From NCBI GenBank assembly GCA_030605195.1, contig JAUWBB010000002.1, positions 1 to 39,206 of the forward strand: DNA of 39,206 nucleotides, read 5' to 3'. The notes under the pieces are model-generated. The model had not been told where the DNA came from and made no database searches. It saw only the letters and a list, made by a program, of their open reading frames with translations. This DNA comes from Bacteroidota bacterium. Its GTDB lineage: Bacteria; Bacteroidota; Bacteroidia; Bacteroidales; VadinHA17. Positions 33,701 through 39,206 of the stretch are shown here, piece by piece. A program made the position numbers and the translations under genes. Position 1 is the first letter of the stretch. Each line of letters begins with the position of its first letter.

Positions 33701-36700
33701 CAGAAACCAGTACAGGTGTGGCTTTTGTTATTGTATCAAGAAGATCAGTAGCTCCTTCATTTATTCCGTTATAAAATTCATTCGGGAAATCGGTATAAAC
33801 CGTATTTGAATAAATATATGAACTGATATTTCCGGGTCTCAGGTTATATCCGAAAACATCCCCATCAAGAGGCTGTATGTGAATCCAGTATGACTCTGAA
33901 CCTGCACCACTAACAGGTACGGGAACAGTATAATTGCCATCGGCATCAGTATAGGCATGAATTTTTCCCTGCGTTGCTGTATCTATTGCTAAAACCATGG
34001 CACCGGCTACGGGCGGATGAGTCGCTGGGGGACCAGATTCTCCAATATCACCGTAGGTAACCTTGCCTGAAATGAAACCATACGAGCTACTATAATCCGG
34101 CCCCGGATAACGATAGCTTGCCCAGGCTATATCATCCTTTTCTAAGGTTCGAAGTTCTGTGCCCCTGCTCATCATAAAAAACATGGTAGCAGTGGGCACA
34201 CCTGTATGAATAAGGCCCAATATATGCCCAATCTCATGCGTAGTAACACTCTGAATATCAAAAAATCCTGTATCGGAGAGAGGGCCATCCGCTATGCCCA
34301 GATTATGCTCTGTATGATTCACATAATATGGGTTGAACACAATATCGGCATCCACTATTTCAGCCTCCTCACTTAAAGGATCAGTAATCATCAGTGTTTT
34401 GGCTGCAATGGCCAGCACACCCGGGGCAAAAGGAAATTGTTCATCCCTGAAAGTGACCAGGTTTACCCCATCGGTTGCAGAGGCATTTATTGCTGACGTT
34501 GTACCATCACTAATAAACTGGATATCTGCCGTAGGAATATCCGACCAGGTCTGGAATGCGCTCTCCACTGCATCGATGTCATCACCACTGGTAATATTCG
34601 GAACACCATCCTCATTCACACTAAAATGAAACGGCTGCTCGCTCATAGTGGTAATTATGTGGTATTTCACTCCTCCAATGGCTTTTGAAAACTCCGATGT
34701 ATTTCCATCCGGATCGGTTGCTGTGGCCGTGATTACCTGGCCACTGGTACCAAATATGGGGAAAGTAAAGGTAAAGGATGCATCTCCTTGTCCATCAGTT
34801 GTTACAATTTCTGATCCAAGGTATGTTTGTCCTTCCCCGTGTGTTGAATGATCACCCACCTTACTGGCAAAGAATTGCAGGATGAACTCAGTACCCGAAG
34901 TACTGTTCAGATATCCTCCTACTGTAACCGTGCCAGGACTAAAACTAATGGAATCAAGAACAGGATAGTTTTGTAAGTTGTTTGGACTGCCATCAATATC
35001 CCCTTCATCGTTTTCTGTTACTCCGTCGTATCCGAGGTCTATACCAAGGCTATCATTGCTATGAATTAAATTGGAGAGGATCAGGTTGCCAACTGTTTCA
35101 TTTAGATTGCCCTCATCACTGTATATCAATACCCCGTCTTCCTTACTATAAGCAATCAGGTTCCCCTTACCATTTTCCATACCTCCTATCTGATTGTCGG
35201 ATGCTCCATTATATATCCGGACACCAATCAGGTTTCCAAACCCGGCTTCACCATTTACATTGATACCCATCAAATTGCCTGTAACTACATTATTATCTGT
35301 CCCGGGACCATCTATAGCCACACCGGCCCAGCCGGTATTACCGGAAATGAAATTTGAGGAATCGGGAGTAGATCCACCCACTAAATTATCATGTGCACCA
35401 ACGCCAAAGTAAACTCCAGTGCCTCCGGGATGCCCAATGTTTTTAGTTCCGGTAGCATCAAGTCCAATATAATTTCCAAGCACTTTATTTTCATATGCAT
35501 CCCCGTATATGGCAATCCCTGTCACATCATTACCGGATATAACATTTCTTTCCTGCCAGGTAGTTCCACCAATTATATTACCGGATGCGCCATTAATTAT
35601 TTGAACTCCATCACCTGCATTTCCTAGCGCAGTTTTACCTGTTGCATCAAGGCCAATGTAATTACCTGAAATTTTATTTAAAGAAGTGCCCTCATCAGAT
35701 AAAACTATACCATGTGAATTACCATCAACACCATTACCGGAAATAATATTTCGCTCGGAAGAGGTAGTTCCACCAATTGTATTATTGGAAGCACTTCCGT
35801 GTACATATATTCCATGTTGTGTATTTGGAACAGGAAGTGCTCCACTTATATCAGTACCGATATAGTTACCTTTGATCAGATTCATGGAAGCTATGAAATC
35901 TTCTGAACTTAAGATCCGAATACCGATTTGATTTCCTGAAATGATATTTCGTTCCTCCGGGGTTGTTCCTCCAATTAAATTGTTCTTCCCCCCCTGAATG
36001 CCCAGACCATCATGTAAATTACCAAGAGGTTCTACGCCATCCGCTTTTAAACCTATCAAATTCCCCTGAACTGTATTTCCAAATGATCCCTCAACGATGG
36101 AAACACCATTCTGCTCATTACCTGAGATCACATTTGCTGATGCGGAGGAATTCCCACCAATGATATTTCCGGTAGTCATATCTCCGATCCTTACCCCTTC
36201 CTCATTTCCTATGGATGTCAATCCATATTTGTCTGTACCGATAAAGTTACCAATGACTTCATTGTCCCTCCCATTAAAACCTAAAATGATCCCGTGCTGA
36301 TTCCCGGAGATGATGTTCCTGTCTTCCGCCACCAATCCGCCTATGGTATTGTTTACTGCATTATGTATTTCGATACCGGAAAAACCTCTGTTAATGTCAT
36401 CTATGGGTTCTAATCCATTTGCCTTGGTTCCAATCAGGTTACCTTTGATCACATTTCCCGTGGCATTCTCCGGATCCGTTCCATCAAATGTGATTGTTAC
36501 CCCGTTGTGATTTCCGGATATCACATTTCCAGGTCCGATAATATTATCAGGAGCACCTGCTATCTGAATTGAAGTATTATTAAAAGAAGATAATGGTGCA
36601 TCACCGGCCGCATTGGTCCCAATATAATTACCTGTGACAATATTGTCTGAGGAACCCACTCCAACAATCTGAACCTCGTTCTCGGAATTTCCTGAGATTA

Positions 36701-39206
36701 CGTTTCCAGGACCTACTGTGTTATTTGCTGCATTATCCTTTATCATGATTCCGCACCCAGTATTGCCAAGCGGGGCAGTTCCATTTGAGTTCGTCCCAAT
36801 GAAATTGCCAATGATTTCATTGTAGTCCGCTGAGGTTCCTCCCTCCCCTTCGTCGCTTTCAATAAGAATTCCATGATTGCTATTTCCAGATATTACATTT
36901 CCAGGTCCAATCGTGTTATGATGGGCATCTCGCTTTATCTGAATTCCGTTAAAATCATTTCCGAGATCTGCTGTGCTAATGGAATTGGTGCCAATAAAAT
37001 TATTGGTCACTGTATTGCCACTGGCTGAGCTTCCATATATTTCTATGCCGTTATTTCCAGTAAAAGGCTCTCTACCTGCTCCGCATAATACATTTCCTTC
37101 AATATGATTATCTGAGGCATTAAATATATTGATCCCATCATCTCTATTACTTAATAGGGCAGTACCTGATGATTTAGTGCCGATAAGATTGTTAATAATC
37201 TGATTATCAGATGTTAGAGAGCCGTGAATATATATCCCTCCACTTAAATTACCTGATAAAAGGTTACCAATAATTGAATTATTTGATGCACCGTCACCAA
37301 TAACAACAGCGTTGTCTAAATTGTATTGGCTATTATTCCCAGTAATATCTGTACCAATAAAATTACCAAGAATTGTGTTGTCTGTTGCACCTGAGCCAAT
37401 TATCTCTACTCCATTTTGTGAGAAGTAATAAATATTAAGTCCAGTGATCGTACAATGGTCTGTATTTATCGAAAAACATGTTCCAGATTCACCGGCAGAA
37501 CTTCCATCGATTTCGATCTTAAGTGTTGAAGCAAGTGCCTGTCCAGGGGAATTTGGAATATAAATTGCATCTGTTTGTGAGAATCCATCTATAATAACTG
37601 ATTCGGTTATAACAGGGAAAGGAGATCCAGGACTGATAATGTGTGGCCCAGCACCAGGAATGTTGAAAATGATTTCATCAATTATTGGAAGATTATTAGG
37701 GTGCCCATTCGCATAATTAATTGCATTTCGCAGGCTACCTATCTCTGCATCGTTAGTGTTTATAACCATTAATGGATTGATTACTTCAGCAGAAAGTGTC
37801 TCAATACAATCATTATCATCTGTAACAGTAACCTCATAAGTACCGGCTGTTAATCCGGGTTGATCTTCAGCACCAGGTATAAGACCACTTCCGTCTAAAG
37901 TGCTCCATGCATAAGTATATGGTCCTGTTCCACCTGAAACAGAAATAGCAATTGCACCATCACTGCAACCTGTGCATGTTTCATTTGCAATGTTATCCAC
38001 AACAATGCTTATAGCATCTGGCTGGGTAATAGTAGCGGTAGCAATAGCAGTACATCCGTTTAGATCGGTTACAGTAACATTGTATACACCAGGGCCAAGG
38101 GAACCAGGATTTTCATCCTCGGAACTGTAATCATCAGGTCCGGTCCATGCAAAGGAATAAGGAGCTGCACCACCAGAAACAGAAAGATTAATTGCCCCAT
38201 CATTTCCGCCATGGCAACTAATATCAGTTACTGTTGGTTCTGTTGCTGTTGGTAACGGGTTGACCGTTAAGGTTACCTGAACCAACTCACCCTCACAACC
38301 ATTAGCACTAACAGGAACTACATCATAAATAACATTCAGAGTACCTGATGTGGTATTAGTAAAGATATCCCCTGCCAATACATTAGCCGGCTTTCCAATT
38401 CCAAATGTAGCATTACCAGGATCAGCCGCAAGACCTCCGGCTACATTAATATTTGTTATGTTATAATTTGCTGCAGATACTGACCCACCGGCAACATCAA
38501 GTGTCAAACCACTGGCTGCATCGCTGCATACTGATATATCAAGAGCAGGATCAAGTATTGGTTCAGGATCGATTGTAATAACCACATCAACCGGAGTTCC
38601 ATCACAACCAGCTGAGCTTATTGGTGTGATAGTATAGGTTGCAGCAATTGCAGCGCCTGTCTTATTCTCCAGGACATCTGTAATATGTAATGTCCCTGCC
38701 GGGTCGGCTGCAACATTCATGCCTGCACTACCCTGTACTGATGCATCCGACATGGTCGGGGCTGCCCAGTTAAACAGTGTGCCTGCCGGTGTATTCGCCG
38801 GATTCAGTAACACCTCGTAGTTCACCGCTTCTCCACTGCAGATTGTCTTAACCTGTCCGGTTAAGATCACCGGAACAGGATTAACTGTTATTGTCAGGAC
38901 ATTACTCTCTGCCGTACAATCTTTCCCGTTCAATATGCTGGTAGTTATCCGTTTGTAATATGTAGTTGCAGCCAAAATACCAAGATCATAAGTGGACAGG
39001 GTTGCACCGCCTATATCGGTAAAGGTTACATTATCCGGACTATCCTGCCACTGGTAAGTGATAACACCATCGCCACTGCCATCAACTGTACTCGTAAAGG
39101 CTGCAGGATCGTCTCCGTTACAGATTGTCTGATCTGCTGCTATTGTGCCGCCATCTACATCATTAATTGTTACGGTTACAACATTGCTCTCTGCTATACA
39201 TACTTT
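30744..39206 (-). CDS. giant multidomain T9SS-secreted protein (5' end off-window); 2,820 codons are visible
   Basis: The frame stays open past the track start (TTG at 38975) to the window edge, checked codon by codon. Domain order read from the translation: PKD-like/Ig repeats, 2 SprB repeats, about 900 aa of parallel beta-helix repeats, a metzincin domain, CarboxypepD_reg-like, 3 Big_5, IPT/TIG, a 7-blade YVTN propeller, a helical FIMAH-like module and a T9SS C-terminal sorting domain. Confidence 0.9.
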   Translation of the reverse strand, partial: KVCIAESNVVTVTINDVDGGTIAADQTICNGDDPAAFTSTVDGSGDGVITYQWQDSPDNVTFTDIGGATLSTYDLGILAATTYYKRITTSILNGKDCTAESNVLTITVNPVPVILTGQVKTICSGEAVNYEVLLNPANTPAGTLFNWAAPTMSDASVQGSAGMNVAADPAGTLHITDVLENKTGAAIAATYTITPISSAGCDGTPVDVVITIDPEPILDPALDISVCSDAASGLTLDVAGGSVSAANYNITNINVAGGLAADPGNATFGIGKPANVLAGDIFTNTTSGTLNVIYDVVPVSANGCEGELVQVTLTVNPLPTATEPTVTDISCHGGNDGAINLSVSGGAAPYSFAWTGPDDYSSEDENPGSLGPGVYNVTVTDLNGCTAIATATITQPDAISIVVDNIANETCTGCSDGAIAISVSGGTGPYTYAWSTLDGSGLIPGAEDQPGLTAGTYEVTVTDDNDCIETLSAEVINPLMVINTNDAEIGSLRNAINYANGHPNNLPIIDEIIFNIPGAGPHIISPGSPFPVITESVIIDGFSQTDAIYIPNSPGQALASTLKIEIDGSSAGESGTCFSINTDHCTITGLNIYYFSQNGVEIIGSGATDNTILGNFIGTDITGNNSQYNLDNAVVIGDGASNNSIIGNLLSGNLSGGIYIHGSLTSDNQIINNLIGTKSSGTALLSNRDDGINIFNASDNHIEGNVLCGAGREPFTGNNGIEIYGSSASGNTVTNNFIGTNSISTADLGNDFNGIQIKRDAHHNTIGPGNVISGNSNHGILIESDEGEGGTSADYNEIIGNFIGTNSNGTAPLGNTGCGIMIKDNAANNTVGPGNVISGNSENEVQIVGVGSSDNIVTGNYIGTNAAGDAPLSSFNNTSIQIAGAPDNIIGPGNVISGNHNGVTITFDGTDPENATGNVIKGNLIGTKANGLEPIDDINRGFSGIEIHNAVNNTIGGLVAEDRNIISGNQHGIILGFNGRDNEVIGNFIGTDKYGLTSIGNEEGVRIGDMTTGNIIGGNSSASANVISGNEQNGVSIVEGSFGNTVQGNLIGLKADGVEPLGNLHDGLGIQGGKNNLIGGTTPEERNIISGNQIGIRILSSEDFIASMNLIKGNYIGTDISGALPVPNTQHGIYVHGSASNNTIGGTTSSERNIISGNGVDGNSHGIVLSDEGTSLNKISGNYIGLDATGKTALGNAGDGVQIINGASGNIIGGTTWQERNVISGNDVTGIAIYGDAYENKVLGNYIGLDATGTKNIGHPGGTGVYFGVGAHDNLVGGSTPDSSNFISGNTGWAGVAIDGPGTDNNVVTGNLMGINVNGEAGFGNLIGVRIYNGASDNQIGGMENGKGNLIAYSKEDGVLIYSDEGNLNETVGNLILSNLIHSNDSLGIDLGYDGVTENDEGDIDGSPNNLQNYPVLDSISFSPGTVTVGGYLNSTSGTEFILQFFASKVGDHSTHGEGQTYLGSEIVTTDGQGDASFTFTFPIFGTSGQVITATATDPDGNTSEFSKAIGGVKYHIITTMSEQPFHFSVNEDGVPNITSGDDIDAVESAFQTWSDIPTADIQFISDGTTSAINASATDGVNLVTFRDEQFPFAPGVLAIAAKTLMITDPLSEEAEIVDADIVFNPYYVNHTEHNLGIADGPLSDTGFFDIQSVTTHEIGHILGLIHTGVPTATMFFMMSRGTELRTLEKDDIAWASYRYPGPDYSSSYGFISGKVTYGDIGESGPPATHPPVAGAMVLAIDTATQGKIHAYTDADGNYTVPVPVSGAGSESYWIHIQPLDGDVFGYNLRPGNISSYIYSNTVYTDFPNEFYNGINEGATDLLDTITKATPVLVSDVDSAVGIDLITNIDDTPPYILAVSTSDTIYRDTIYIDTVDVLSNIIIKFSEPVDLNTFTDTTCYLIWGNGSLGGSYNPLGDSTHIILFTPENPMFYDTEYSLHLTEDITDLKSNSLVIVNEIVSTFKTELADTLDPTVEDIIPENGTDSVFVTSEILVFFSEPMDRTQTAEGFTLSCEGTQEVEGSYEWNPENTMLTFTPLRSLLEDTEYSITLSTEITDLSGNALESDSIITFKTVPEAPPEILYLGPEGNEVTVETPVVVDFSEPINTATITPLTFKLLGFDGTQVSGSFEFLMEDSRVVFRPDENLNFGETYDILLIGCNWNGDNCNDPCIYDVSASPLPLASDRTATFTTAAEPSVPHIDYLDPPSGVIGSVVTIAGSGFDPNPGNNTVIFNGTTAAVNNSSLSSLAVKVPLGAISGPVTISVNGSDPSNEMYFYVIPQSLIPCDEILANVNTGSGSRDVAVTPDAAFAFITNSGSGTVSVIGMSSLATIGDPILVGDTPLKIDINPEGTLAYVTNFTSHTVSVIDLQDLDGDDEYDVIETIHVGVNPYGVVVSPDGKVYVANYTSENISVIDVDPASGGFNHVIANVNTGTRNRDIDVTPDAGLVLVTGDNGLTIINSDPADINFNSVIANVNSGSGTRDVEVTPDAGLAIVSTMDGNLLVIDIYPTSNSFGAVIANVNTGSRARDLEVSPDAMFVYVTNDDGTVSVLKLDFGGGGGTNTSYYWDITLTLHNTIPVGDEPEGIIIDPYAEKLVVVNSTSPEGSGTVTVVDLCCGPVSPLKSIGDLIINIQNMVNAGIITHGQGNALITKLNQALNKLEKGQTKVAINHLNAFINQVTGLMYGGEIPAEQATAIINATYAIIDQLEYTKKSYVINTGVEGPGLQLESALGLIYPNPFGFSTTIHYAVSAENDIPVQVWLRVYNITGQVVANLVDKKMTSGRYTVEWDGRYEDGRKAPDGNYFIRFMAGYVQNVKKIVILK
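30747..31013 (-). other. T9SS (Por) C-terminal sorting domain
   Basis: 'LGLIYPNPFGFSTTIHYAV......V.L.VYNITGQVVANLVD......G.Y.V.WDG.......APDGNYF.R' is the type-A CTD pattern (TIGR04183-like). Confidence 0.8.
31371..32363 (-). other. seven-blade YVTN-type beta-propeller within the giant CDS
   Basis: Three canonical blades ('LAYVTNFTSHTVSVIDL', 'VYVANYTSENISVIDV', 'LVVVNSTSPEGSGTVTVVDL') and four variant blades that each start with 'IANVN(T/S)G'. Confidence 0.7.
34206..34238 (-). other. metzincin zinc-binding motif HEIGHILGLIH (HExxHxxGxxH)
   Basis: The reverse complement of 34206-34238 is catgagattgggcatatattgggccttattcat. A candidate Met-turn 'TATMFF' lies 8 residues downstream. The surrounding region of about 185 aa (34101-34658) is matrixin-sized. 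Confidence 0.8.
35046..37763 (-). repeat. right-handed parallel beta-helix repeat region (roughly 35-40 coils) within the giant CDS
   Basis: Recurring 'N.I.GN.IGT...G...L.GN...GI.I....NN.IGG' periodicity of about 22-25 aa from aa 405 to 1310 (numbered from the 38975 codon). Confidence 0.75.
37776..38240 (-). other. two SprB-type repeats within the giant CDS
   Basis: 'ISCHGGNDGAINLSVSGGAAPYSFAWTG' and 'ETCTGCSDGAIAISVSGGTGPYTYAWST', each followed by '...Y.VTVTD.N.C'. Confidence 0.75.

Noticed and set aside
31603-36510. About 20 ORFs of 60-131 aa on the plus strand within 31603-36510 (for example 31603..31998 and 34333..34629), plus 32582..32764 on the minus strand
   Set aside because: They all lie inside the giant minus-strand CDS. 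Their translations are low-complexity Ser/Pro/Thr/Val-rich shadows of the repetitive Gly/Asn/Thr-rich frame. None has a recognisable motif or independent start context.
1-39206. Mobile elements, prophage, defence islands, CRISPR, rRNA and tRNA
   Set aside because: I found no transposase, integrase, recombinase, phage structural, cas, restriction or toxin-antitoxin-like ORFs. The only DUF4145-like domain is fused to a TPR membrane protein. I saw no rRNA-like or tRNA-like sequences while reading both strands.

Overview
This is an AT-rich (by eye) chromosomal segment with Bacteroidota hallmarks: a T9SS C-terminal sorting domain, SprB repeats, TAnnTTTG-type -7 promoter boxes and mostly SD-less start codons. 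I support about 25 CDSs. Housekeeping genes are hemW, lgt, ispD, two tandem ROK sugar kinases, comF, a class-V cysteine desulfurase, a GT4-type glycosyltransferase and a PagL-like acyloxyacyl hydrolase. There is also a TetR-TolC-MFP-RND efflux operon, a two-domain SiaB/DUF6272-like protein, a rhodanese, an S9 (DPP-IV-like) peptidase and a DUF4145-TM-TPR membrane protein. A giant mosaic T9SS cargo protein (over 2,820 aa) runs off the right edge. The most system-like unit is a four-gene minus-strand operon (DUF134 regulator fused to zinc ribbons, DUF5320, NifX/NifB-like cofactor-binding protein, DUF4405 membrane protein). This module is widely conserved but functionally unassigned. The N-terminal Walker-A stub of its usual MinD/Mrp-type ATPase partner appears to survive as the first 22 codons of the neighbouring rhodanese gene. 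Most long 'non-coding' gaps turn out to be gene relics: gpmA, a DUF2461/TIGR02453-like gene, a DUF362-like 3' end and a duplicated N-terminus of the TPR gene. I saw no rRNA, tRNA, CRISPR array, transposase, integrase or reverse transcriptase. All family assignments come from motif recognition by eye, not from searches.
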